Assembly (NCBI GenBank): GCA_013375475.1
Contig: JABXKD010000004.1
Location: 10,659 to 74,658 of the forward strand
From: Promethearchaeota archaeon
Lineage (GTDB): Archaea > Asgardarchaeota > Lokiarchaeia > Sigyniarchaeales > SOKP01
Length of the DNA: 64,000 bases
Reading direction: 5' to 3'
Shown: piece by piece, positions 36,973-46,171 of the stretch
Layout of the letters: each line of letters opens with the position of its first letter
How positions within the stretch are numbered: the stretch's first letter is position 1
Position numbers and translations under genes: made by a program
The notes under the pieces: generated by a model
Database searches by the model: none
What the model was told of the DNA's origin: nothing
Seen by the model: the letters and a program-made list of their open reading frames with translations, nothing else

Positions 36973-39960
36973 ATGAGTAGTACAACAATAAAATACCCCT
37001 CAGAAGAGATTATATCTACATTTAATGTTAATAAAGATTTCGAGTACATTATACTTTGGATGCTTCATAACAATGATCGTTGCAGATGGGCTGATTTTAA
37101 AGCTAATCCTTTAAATATTAGTCAAGCTTCGTTATCTAAATATTTAAAACTGATGATAGCAAACGACCAAATCTTAAGAGAAAAAAAAGGGGAGTATAAG
37201 ATTACTCCTGAAGGGCGAAAACATTACATAGAAATACAATTAAAAGATTCTCTGACAGAACAATTGAACTACCCCCCTGAAGTCATCCTGAGAAGAAGAA
37301 ACTATGATCACATCATACTTTGGATGTTATACAATAATAATGTGTGTAAATGGTCAGATTTCTTTGAAGAGCCTCTCTCTATCAATAATTCTTCTCTCTC
37401 CAAAAATCTAGGGTTGTTAAAGGCCAGCGGATTAATAGATCACGATATTAGTTTAAAAGAATATCGAATTACAAAGAAAGGTGAGGCAAAATTCTTCAGT
37501 GTATTGAAAAGGTACGATTTGGATAGACAATCAATATTAGAGGAGGAGAGTAAAAGAATTGAGGTAATTACAGATAAAGTTAGTAAATTCTTTAGTGAAT
37601 ACGAAATTGAATCCGATGAGATAAAGTACCGGTTTTTAAATATCGTTTTAAGATTAGATTATACCCAAATAGAAAATACTTTAGCCAACGAGAACGAACT
37701 TAACAAAATTATGCTATTTTTGTCCCTTAATCACCCAGATCAATATCCTGATTATATAAGTGTCACCAATTTTTCTTTAAAATACAATATCAAACCCACG
37801 ACATTAAAATTCTTTCTTGAGAAAATTGTTAAGGAGGAAGGTTATCCTATTAAATTTTTTGAGTTAGAAGTAAGCAATGACATAACGTACTATATTCAAG
37901 CAGAAGAAAAGCTGGAGAAATTACTAAATGTTATCGTAGAGGATCATATTAGAAAATTTACATATTTGAATAAATTAAACAAAAAAGAAGGAGTAGACAA
38001 CTCAGAAATCAATGCTTTGGTTGAACTCATAGCTAATGAAATATGTACTAATGTATTTAACGAGAATTTAAAGCCATCAATGAATAAATTTCTCCCCGAA
38101 TTTATTGAAAATCTTGCGTATAAGTTTGAAAGTGAGAAGAGTTTAATCACACAAGATGATAAAACAAAAGGAGTTATTTATCAAAAGTTTCAGAATGTTT
38201 TCGAAGTAATCCAAAGTTTTGGAACTTCGGAGGCGGCGAGTTCGGCAAGTAAACCGATTGACAACGAAGCGTATTATTTCTTGCATAATAGAATATTTGA
38301 CACATTGGACATAATTTATCTCTCTAAAATCGATTTCTTCCGCATACCCGAGTTTAAGAAAGCGTATTTTTCAAAGAATTCTGGTTTTCTCTCAGCTATA
38401 GAAGAGAAGATGTCAAAAGGCAGTCTATCGAAGGCAAGCGAATTGCTTACAGATAATATTATTAACTTGAGTGACATCGAATTAATGATTTTAAGAGATA
38501 TTATCTACACAAGTAAAGGAGAGTTAGAAGATTCATTGGAGCTAACTCAAAAGATTATAGAGAAATATCCGGATGAGTATGTTGGCTACTTGTTCCAATC
38601 AGAAACGTATTTTTTGATGGGTAAATTCAAGGACGCTTTGAGCGTTGTAGAATTAGGCTTAACCAACGCCTTCGACGTCTTGTTAATAACTCAAAAAGCA
38701 CAGATTCTTATTAGTTACGATCATAGTAAAGCCGTGGAAACAATAGATGAAGTTATTGAGGACTACCCTGAGAATTTTGCCTTATTGCGTACGAAATTTT
38801 TAACTGTAATGACCGATAAAGAATGCTGCATAGGACCGATTGCTGCACCCAGAGCACTAATAGAATCGCTAATAGACGAGTATCCTGATAATTTTGAATT
38901 GAAGGTTTTGAAAGGATTGTTATATATCGTAAACCATCAATACCAAGAAGCTAAAAATTGGATTAAAGAGAGCATAAAACCAGATATTTCTGAAAATAAT
39001 CCACGAATTGACATTGCCTCATATTTAATTCGAACATACTCATATTTAGCTCGGGGAAAGTTTGAAAAAGCGTTGAAATACGTGAGAATCGCACAGTTTC
39101 ATTATCCAAATCATCCAATTTCCCATATAATGACTGGGTTGGTTCATGGATTTAATATTGTTTACAAATTTGATCCTAAGAAAGAAAACAAGGAGCTATT
39201 CAGAGAAGGATTTAAAAAAGCGATTTCGATGCAGCAAAGCGAGAAAAAATTGTCAAGATATTATCAACTGGAATGTTTAATATTAAACGAGACAGATGGG
39301 TTCGATGAGGCGGTTAATGCAATCGATAAAGCAATCGAATTAAGTCCGGAACACTTTGATATATACAACACAAAGGCTCACATATATTTAGCGCTTAAAG
39401 ACAAACAAGAGGAGGTATTCAAGTTTTACGACGAATTATATGAGAAATTTCCACACGAAGATAAGGACATTCGTAAAATGAAATCGTTTTCGCATTATTC
39501 ATTTGGAAACTTAGTAGAAGGAATTAATATTCTTGAAGAAAGTCTTGAAATATATCCGGGCTCGATAGGCATGTTAAACAACCTTGCTGTGTTTCTCAGT
39601 TATTCGGGGAGATTCGATGAAGCAATAGAAGCGATTGAAAAAGCAATTGAAATAGATCCAAATGAAGCGAACCTTTATGATACGTACGGTGAAATTTTAC
39701 TTCTTGCAAATGACTATAAAGGCGCTATAGAAAAGTTTGTTCAAGCATTAGACATGAGTCCAACGGGTTGGTTTGCATTTCATTCTTTTTTGAAACTTTC
39801 GAAAAGTTATAAAGCTCTGGGAATGATGGAGGAAGCTAGGACTTGCTACGAGAAAGCAGAGATATTAACAGAAAAAGTTCTTCCTGGAAAAAGAAAGATG
39901 TATATGGAACAATTAGATGAGATTATCGAAGAACTAGGCAAAGTACCCATACAGAAATGA
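36973..39960 (+). CDS. 995-aa protein: two N-terminal winged-helix (wHTH) modules, central helical region, C-terminal TPR array
   Basis: Duplicated module FEYIILWMLHNNDRCRWADF...LSKYLKLMIANDQILREKKGEYKITPEGRKHY / YDHIILWMLYNNNVCKWSDF...LSKNLGLLKASGLIDHDISLKEYRITKKGEAKF. Clear TPRs in the last approx 450 aa, e.g. AIEAIEKAIEIDPNEANLYDTYGEILLLANDYKGAIEKFVQALDMSP. Confidence 0.7.
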   Translation: MSSTTIKYPSEEIISTFNVNKDFEYIILWMLHNNDRCRWADFKANPLNISQASLSKYLKLMIANDQILREKKGEYKITPEGRKHYIEIQLKDSLTEQLNYPPEVILRRRNYDHIILWMLYNNNVCKWSDFFEEPLSINNSSLSKNLGLLKASGLIDHDISLKEYRITKKGEAKFFSVLKRYDLDRQSILEEESKRIEVITDKVSKFFSEYEIESDEIKYRFLNIVLRLDYTQIENTLANENELNKIMLFLSLNHPDQYPDYISVTNFSLKYNIKPTTLKFFLEKIVKEEGYPIKFFELEVSNDITYYIQAEEKLEKLLNVIVEDHIRKFTYLNKLNKKEGVDNSEINALVELIANEICTNVFNENLKPSMNKFLPEFIENLAYKFESEKSLITQDDKTKGVIYQKFQNVFEVIQSFGTSEAASSASKPIDNEAYYFLHNRIFDTLDIIYLSKIDFFRIPEFKKAYFSKNSGFLSAIEEKMSKGSLSKASELLTDNIINLSDIELMILRDIIYTSKGELEDSLELTQKIIEKYPDEYVGYLFQSETYFLMGKFKDALSVVELGLTNAFDVLLITQKAQILISYDHSKAVETIDEVIEDYPENFALLRTKFLTVMTDKECCIGPIAAPRALIESLIDEYPDNFELKVLKGLLYIVNHQYQEAKNWIKESIKPDISENNPRIDIASYLIRTYSYLARGKFEKALKYVRIAQFHYPNHPISHIMTGLVHGFNIVYKFDPKKENKELFREGFKKAISMQQSEKKLSRYYQLECLILNETDGFDEAVNAIDKAIELSPEHFDIYNTKAHIYLALKDKQEEVFKFYDELYEKFPHEDKDIRKMKSFSHYSFGNLVEGINILEESLEIYPGSIGMLNNLAVFLSYSGRFDEAIEAIEKAIEIDPNEANLYDTYGEILLLANDYKGAIEKFVQALDMSPTGWFAFHSFLKLSKSYKALGMMEEARTCYEKAEILTEKVLPGKRKMYMEQLDEIIEELGKVPIQK

Positions 39961-40009
39961 GATAAGGCTTTAATGTTAAGCCAACATTATTATTTTTTAT
40001 TACTATTTT

Positions 40010-41149
40010 TTATCTAGTATGTTCTTTTACGAGTTTTACTAAATCTGCTTTTCTATAAGAAGCGAGCACTTTAATATTGTTTTCATTGCAATAGTCTTTT
40101 AGTTGGTTCACTGTCCATCTGTTATAGTCAACCCATTTATCAACGCTCTCTTGAGGGGCCCCCTTCAGTATGAGATCTATAATTTGTTCTTTCCTGTAAG
40201 AAGATGGAATGTGAATATTTTTCTCTTTACAGTATAGTTTTAGATTACTTACCGTCCATGAGTTGTAATCAACTTCTTCTTCCTTTACAACAACTTTTTC
40301 CACAATTTTGGGCGCTTCTACTCTTTGGAGTATTTCGATTCCTTCTATATTCCCGGAGGTGCTGTTTGTATACAACCTTATTGTTCGATCGGTAAGTTCA
40401 ATTGGACCTTCTGGTACTGAGTTTACCGGTTCCCATTCTACTTCCTCGACTTCTTCTCCGAATACTTTTGCTTTTTTTACTACTGCTCCGTATATTTGAA
40501 AATCTCCTAAAAGCAAGTTTTGCCGTTTAAAATTGGCGGGAACTTTATTGATCACGATATTCTCAAGTATGTTTTTAGTATCTAGCTTAGTAGGTTTGAA
40601 ATTTGGTTTAAATTCATAGATAGTTTCCTCTTCCTCTTCTTTTTTTACCTCTACCGGAATTTCAGTTTCGTCATTCATCACAGGTGGAGAGCCCGTCCAT
40701 TTATGAACTGCTTTATCGCTAATTTCGGCCACTTCTTTGATAGTGTTAGCATGTAATTGTCTAAATTCCTCAGAATCTCTTTCTAATACTTCGGGAATTT
40801 CCACAGGTTTCAAATTAAAGGCTCTCATAAATTCGAGAGGTTCGTCTCCTTGATCTACTGAAATAATCTTGCATCGATGAAAGTGTCCTTTAACAACAAG
40901 CTCGTTTTGTAACTCGGCAGCGATACGAGACGCGATAAACTTTTTCCTAACGTGTGAATTCACTCCTTTCCAAATGTAAATTCTCCTTAATCCCTCTTTA
41001 ACGATCACTAAAACTTGGTGAGGATTGAGGATGTCTTGCCCGTTATTAGCGCGAAATTTATCTTCTGATATCTCTAGTTTTACTTTTTCTCCAGTACTTT
41101 CTAATCCAAAGATCATGAAGTTCTCGTAAGTTTCAGCCATACTTATCAT
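40010..41149 (-). CDS. Gelsolin-domain protein with two C-terminal SAP/HeH-like repeats
   Basis: N-terminal approx 115 aa: VLVIVKEGLRRIYIWKGVNSHVRKKFIASRIAAELQNE...ISVDQGDEPLEFMRAF fits the gelsolin-repeat pattern (iyiWxGxxss...k..Aa..A..L......v.qG.Ep.eF...F). C-terminus (approx 40022-40273): VDYNSWTVSNLKLYCKEKNIHIPSSYRKEQIIDLILK and VDYNRWTVNQLKDYCNENNIKVLASYRKADLVKLVKE. Confidence 0.6.
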   Translation of the reverse strand: MISMAETYENFMIFGLESTGEKVKLEISEDKFRANNGQDILNPHQVLVIVKEGLRRIYIWKGVNSHVRKKFIASRIAAELQNELVVKGHFHRCKIISVDQGDEPLEFMRAFNLKPVEIPEVLERDSEEFRQLHANTIKEVAEISDKAVHKWTGSPPVMNDETEIPVEVKKEEEEETIYEFKPNFKPTKLDTKNILENIVINKVPANFKRQNLLLGDFQIYGAVVKKAKVFGEEVEEVEWEPVNSVPEGPIELTDRTIRLYTNSTSGNIEGIEILQRVEAPKIVEKVVVKEEEVDYNSWTVSNLKLYCKEKNIHIPSSYRKEQIIDLILKGAPQESVDKWVDYNRWTVNQLKDYCNENNIKVLASYRKADLVKLVKEHTR

Positions 41150-41440
41150 AAATTAGGTATCATTTTTTTAATTTAAAAATACGACAACTCTGTTGAATTA
41201 TGTAAATACGATCTCTTAGTAGGTTTGATCCATAAAACTTTAACTTTTTTTTTGACACATAAATCATCTGGTAAGTCAATATAAAATTATTGAAATGGAA
41301 TGTTTGTGATTGAGGAAGGAATGCTCTTATTGTTTTTTAGTATAGTTTAATAGGCATTATCTATTTTATTCGTTAAGTTTTGTGAATTTTAGCACATTTT
41401 TATCTCATTCTGCTTGAAATTTCGTTTGTGATTTTATTTT

Positions 41441-42670
41441 ATGACTGAAAACAAAAATAAGAAGTTGTTCAAATATCGAATGCTTGCGCCTTTATGGATT
41501 GCCATTTTTATAGATGTTCTAGGTTTCACGATTCTTTTTCCGCTGGTAGGATTCTTTGGTGAATTATTCGAAACTAATAATATTGTAATCGGTTTAATAT
41601 TTTCTGTAAATGCGATGTTCGGTTTTGTGTTTGGCCCCATTTTATCAAAACTCAGCGATAGGTATGGAAGAAAACCGCTATTGCTAATTTCTCAATTTGG
41701 AACGCTTTTTGCTTTTGTACTAACAGCTTTTTCAAACACCTTATGGATGTTAATTATAGCGCGTATGATTGACGGAATGTTTGGAGGAAATTTTCCAATA
41801 GCCAAAGCGATTATAAGTGATAAAGTTCCACCAAAAGATAGGGGTATTCAGATGGCTAATGTTGGTATAGCACATGTTTTAGCTTCTCTGTTCGGACCTG
41901 CAATTGGTGGATTTTTCTTTACATTTTTTGGGCTTTTAGGACCTGGTTTGTTTGCAGCTGGATTAACCGTAATAACTATTGTTGTAACAATATCTATGCT
42001 GGAAGAAACATGGCCTAAGGAAAAGAGACTTCATTCCCATAAAAGGACATCCGATGTTTCCCTGAAAGTTAGAGAGAATAAAAACGCACTCTTCATGTTA
42101 GGTCTTTGGGCATTTCACACTATTTCATTCACAATCATTATGAGTTCATTATCATTTTTTAGCGTTACTGTTCTCAAACTGAGTGTTCTTGATGTGTCGT
42201 TCGTATTCATGATCTCCGGAATTTTTAGAGCCGGTGTAAGGTTTACGTTGTTTAAACCAACAATAAAGAAACTTGGAGAGACCAATGCGATTCGAGTAGG
42301 TTTGGTAATCTTCTTCGTAAGTTTTTTTCTAATAGGATTTTCTTCTAATGTGGTGGTAATTGTGATCATATTTATGTTTGTTAGTTTTGCTGCCTCCTTA
42401 ACTCGAGGTCCTATGAACAGTAAAATCAGTCAAACAGCTTCTCCAAAAATACAAGGTAAAATAAATGGGCTTTCTTCTGGGTTAGATAGTATAGCTCAAA
42501 TCATCGGGCCCTTAGCTGGAGCGTTAATCATCACAACTCTCCCACCATACTGGTTAGGCATAATTGTAGCATTGATAGCACTACCAGCAATAGTTATGTC
42601 TTTTCAAAATATTGAGAAGAAGAAATATGATCCTACAGCTAATTTAATAAATCATTCGATGGAAAGATAA
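41441..42670 (+). CDS. MFS transporter (drug/H+ antiporter-like)
   Basis: GPILSKLSDRYGRKPLLLIS (MFS motif A) and about 12 TM helices. Confidence 0.8.
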   Translation: MTENKNKKLFKYRMLAPLWIAIFIDVLGFTILFPLVGFFGELFETNNIVIGLIFSVNAMFGFVFGPILSKLSDRYGRKPLLLISQFGTLFAFVLTAFSNTLWMLIIARMIDGMFGGNFPIAKAIISDKVPPKDRGIQMANVGIAHVLASLFGPAIGGFFFTFFGLLGPGLFAAGLTVITIVVTISMLEETWPKEKRLHSHKRTSDVSLKVRENKNALFMLGLWAFHTISFTIIMSSLSFFSVTVLKLSVLDVSFVFMISGIFRAGVRFTLFKPTIKKLGETNAIRVGLVIFFVSFFLIGFSSNVVVIVIIFMFVSFAASLTRGPMNSKISQTASPKIQGKINGLSSGLDSIAQIIGPLAGALIITTLPPYWLGIIVALIALPAIVMSFQNIEKKKYDPTANLINHSMER

Positions 42671-42687
42671 AAAAAAAAGAATGTATA

Positions 42688-43524
42688 TTAATCTTTTAAG
42701 AAATCCATTATTTGTTGATTAACTTCTGGTACTTTCTCGAGAGGACTATTATGTCCTGCTTTATCAACGACATGTATTGTACTATTTGGTAAAAGTTCAT
42801 GCATTTCCTCCATGGACGATTTTGGAGTTATTCTATCGTGAGTTGCTGTTACTAGAAGTACAGGATTTGAAATGTTTTTTAGTCTATCTTTTGTATTATG
42901 AACTTTCAAAACATTACCCTGTAATTCAATTTCATGCTCTGTTGCAATATTTTTTGTACTTTCTTCAATAAGTTCATCTACTGACCATAATCCATACCAT
43001 TTTTTAGAAGGTTCTGCTTCCATCTGTTTTCTAAATTTAATATAATATCCTGTTCTCGCAGTAGACCAAAAAGCTTTAACAGGATCTTCTTTTTTAAGCT
43101 TTTCTTTTTCAAGTCGCATGTTTTTATAAGCTTCTGGACCAGATTCATCAGGAGTACCAGCGTTAGTATTGATTAAAACAACTTTATTTGCTCTCTCCGG
43201 ATACTTCAATACGAAGTTTTGTACCAACATTCCCCCTAAACTCCAACCGATTATATGAATCTTATCGATATTTAAATGGTCCAATAAACCTTTAATATCT
43301 TCAACGAAATCATCCAATTCATATTTGTCTTTAGTTCTACCGGAGTTACCTGCTCCACGATTATCAAACCTTATAACCTTGAAATTTTTTGATAATTCTG
43401 GTGTCTGAGCTCTCCAACCTTCCTTTGTATCTCCAAACCCATGAACTAATAACACAGGATAGCCATCTCCAAAAATTTCATAACATATTTTTATACCATT
43501 AACTTCAGTAAAAGATTCTACCAT
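42688..43524 (-). CDS. Alpha/beta-fold hydrolase, tandem copy 3
   Basis: HGFG oxyanion region, nucleophile elbow GWSLGG, C-terminal AGHNSPLE. Confidence 0.8.
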   Translation of the reverse strand: MVESFTEVNGIKICYEIFGDGYPVLLVHGFGDTKEGWRAQTPELSKNFKVIRFDNRGAGNSGRTKDKYELDDFVEDIKGLLDHLNIDKIHIIGWSLGGMLVQNFVLKYPERANKVVLINTNAGTPDESGPEAYKNMRLEKEKLKKEDPVKAFWSTARTGYYIKFRKQMEAEPSKKWYGLWSVDELIEESTKNIATEHEIELQGNVLKVHNTKDRLKNISNPVLLVTATHDRITPKSSMEEMHELLPNSTIHVVDKAGHNSPLEKVPEVNQQIMDFLKD

Positions 43525-43603
43525 ATTAATCTCCTAAATTTATATAAATCAAAACAAGTTTTAATTGATTTTAAGGTTTTTCCATATGAAAAAAAACTAA
43601 GAC

Positions 43604-44452
43604 TTATTGTTTTAGAAAATTAAGAACTTCCGTGTTAAAGATTGGAGCTTCTTCTAACATAAAATAGTGACTGCTCTTGAAGACGATTAGATTACTATTT
43701 GGGATTTTTTCATCAATAACCTCGCTAGCGATTTTGGGCACAATTCTATCTTTTTCAGCAGCTAAGATTAAAGTTTCAGATTTGATTTCATGAAGATGTT
43801 TTGTGGTATTATGGCGTGTAATCGCGTTTATTAGATTAAGGATATCTTGTGGTTTTGATGTCCCATTTACTTCTTCAAGTTTCATTAAATCTTTTGCAGA
43901 GAACTTATTGTGAAAAATTTTACTTGGATCTTGGTTCATTTCCTTAAAGAAATTACGACTGAACCTTTGTTTCATTTTATCCCAAAAGGCTTTCGTAGAA
44001 TCTTCGACTTTTGCTTCATAATTTGAGAGTTGACTTCTTTTATACATATCCAATCCTGATTTATCCAAGGGTAGATTAGCAAAAGTACTCATTAGAATCA
44101 ATTTGCTTAGGCGATTCGGGTAATTTAGCGCAAAATGTTGCGCGATCATGCCACCAAACGAATGACCGCCAAGATGAATCTTCTCTATATTTAAATAATC
44201 TAATAACGCTCTGATATCATCAGCTAAATCTTCCATAGAGAATGTTTCAGTAGGGTGGTCTGATTTGCCACATCCACGAATATCAAGTGTGATTACTCTA
44301 AATTCTTTAGAAAGTACTTTAACTTGCCACTTCCAGAATTCTTTATACATTGCGAACCCATGTAAAAAAATTAATGGATAACCTTCGCCATGAATTTCGT
44401 AAGCAATTTTAATACCATTTAGTTCTGCATAAGATTCTTTCATTCCATTCAC
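43604..44452 (-). CDS. Alpha/beta-fold hydrolase, tandem copy 2
   Basis: LHGFAMY, GHSFGG, SSHYFMLE. Colinear with its neighbours. Confidence 0.8.
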   Translation of the reverse strand: MNGMKESYAELNGIKIAYEIHGEGYPLIFLHGFAMYKEFWKWQVKVLSKEFRVITLDIRGCGKSDHPTETFSMEDLADDIRALLDYLNIEKIHLGGHSFGGMIAQHFALNYPNRLSKLILMSTFANLPLDKSGLDMYKRSQLSNYEAKVEDSTKAFWDKMKQRFSRNFFKEMNQDPSKIFHNKFSAKDLMKLEEVNGTSKPQDILNLINAITRHNTTKHLHEIKSETLILAAEKDRIVPKIASEVIDEKIPNSNLIVFKSSHYFMLEEAPIFNTEVLNFLKQ

Positions 44453-44462
44453 AATAGTACGT

Positions 44463-45299
44463 TTATGATTTTAAAAATTTAATAATTGCCCTATTAACTT
44501 CGGGCGCTTTTTCTTTTGGAGACTCATGTCCTGCTTCTTCTATTAAGTGATATGTGCTATTTGGCATTTTTTTATGAATCTCAAGCATTTTTTCCTTAGG
44601 AACTAATCTATCGTGAGAAGCGGTAAGAAGTAAGGTTTTATGGTTAATTTCAGATAATTTTTCATAGACATTATTTGTTTTAAAGGACGATGCTATATTT
44701 CGAACATCTTGAGCTGTTGGGCGGTCAGTTTTATAGTATTTAAGAACATCTTCTACTGACCACAACCCATAAAATTTTTCTTTAGGATTTGCCTTCATTT
44801 TATTTCGAAATTTATGATAAAATCCAAATTGAGTACTCTGCCAAAATGATAGCTCCGGATCTTTTTTAGCAAGTTCCAAAGCTTTAATTTTAGAATTAAC
44901 ATATGATTCGGGGTCGAAGTCATCAGGAAGTTGTGCTAAAGTATTTATTAAAACCAGTTTATTCACTCTTCTTGGATTTTTTAAAATGAAATTTAGGCCA
45001 ATCATTCCTCCTAATGAAAGTCCCAATAAATGGGCCGTACTAATTCCTAAATAATCCATCAAACCCTTAATGTCATCTACAAACATTTCCATAGAGTAAG
45101 GCATATCTGGTCGTTCAGATTTACCAGCTCCTCTATTATCAAACGAAATTATCTTGAATTCTTGTGATAGAACAGGTATTTGTGCCATAAAACTTTCTTT
45201 TTTTGAACCAAATCCGTGGATCAAAACAACAGGATATCCGTCTCCCTGCATTTGATAACAAATTTTAATGCCGTTTATGTCTACAAATTTTTCTGCCAT
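44463..45299 (-). CDS. Alpha/beta-fold hydrolase, tandem copy 1
   Basis: IHGFGSK, GLSLGG, AGHESPKE. Closest to copy 3 (both begin ...NGIKICY.. and end ..PEVN..I..FLK). Confidence 0.8.
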   Translation of the reverse strand: MAEKFVDINGIKICYQMQGDGYPVVLIHGFGSKKESFMAQIPVLSQEFKIISFDNRGAGKSERPDMPYSMEMFVDDIKGLMDYLGISTAHLLGLSLGGMIGLNFILKNPRRVNKLVLINTLAQLPDDFDPESYVNSKIKALELAKKDPELSFWQSTQFGFYHKFRNKMKANPKEKFYGLWSVEDVLKYYKTDRPTAQDVRNIASSFKTNNVYEKLSEINHKTLLLTASHDRLVPKEKMLEIHKKMPNSTYHLIEEAGHESPKEKAPEVNRAIIKFLKS

Positions 45300-45403
45300 A
45301 CATAGTGTAAAAATAATATGAAAATAAGTTTAATCAAAAAAATTTTAAATTTGTTTTACTTTTATCTTCGTATTCTTAATTCTAATATCTTGAAGTATAT
45401 CTT

Positions 45404-46165
45404 ATGATTGAGAAAAAAATTCTAATTCCTAATGCTGAAAGGAGCGATCTCCACGGTGTCTTTTATTTTGCTTCCGAAGAAAACCCTTCACACAGATCGC
45501 CCATTCTAATAATGTGTCATGGATTCACAGGTGATAAATACGAGTGGGGACGCTTTCCTGAAACAGCGAAAGCTTTAAATAAAGAAGGTTATGATGTGCT
45601 TATATTTGATTTTTCTGGCTCTGGGGAAAATAAAAGAGAACCGATAAATTTATCTAAACAAGCCTTGGATCTGGAAAATGTATATAATTGGGTTAAAAAT
45701 CAAAGATATTCAAAAATTGCTGTATTGGGGCTTTCTTTTGGAGGTCAGACAGTATTAAAGGCAAAGCTACCTGGAATTATTTCTTATGTATTTTGGGCTC
45801 CCCTTACCCTGCTCCACACTACAGGAGACCAAACTGACTGGTTTAAGGATATAGATAAGGGACCCGTAGAAATTCCGACATCTGGAGAAGGTGGCCCTGT
45901 AATTATTGATATGAGCTTTGTGATGGATGTTGCTGAATTTCAAGTAAGACCTGCTTTGAAGAATTTAACTCCCCCAACTCTTATAGTTCAAGGTACTGCG
46001 GACGAAAAAGTCCCTTTGGAATTGACCAAAAAAGCTTTCAGTATGATGCCTCAGAACGACAATCATAAGTTAGTAGAAGTTCAAGACGCGACACACGATT
46101 TTAAAGATAAACACTTACAAGAATTTATCAAAGAAACAGTAGATTGGTTGAAAATTTATTTCTAA
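45404..46165 (+). CDS. Alpha/beta hydrolase (dienelactone-hydrolase / S9-like)
   Basis: CHGFTGDK, GLSFGG, QGTADEKV, ATHDF: a Ser-Asp-His arrangement. Confidence 0.7.
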   Translation: MIEKKILIPNAERSDLHGVFYFASEENPSHRSPILIMCHGFTGDKYEWGRFPETAKALNKEGYDVLIFDFSGSGENKREPINLSKQALDLENVYNWVKNQRYSKIAVLGLSFGGQTVLKAKLPGIISYVFWAPLTLLHTTGDQTDWFKDIDKGPVEIPTSGEGGPVIIDMSFVMDVAEFQVRPALKNLTPPTLIVQGTADEKVPLELTKKAFSMMPQNDNHKLVEVQDATHDFKDKHLQEFIKETVDWLKIYF

Positions 46166-46171
46166 AAAAAA

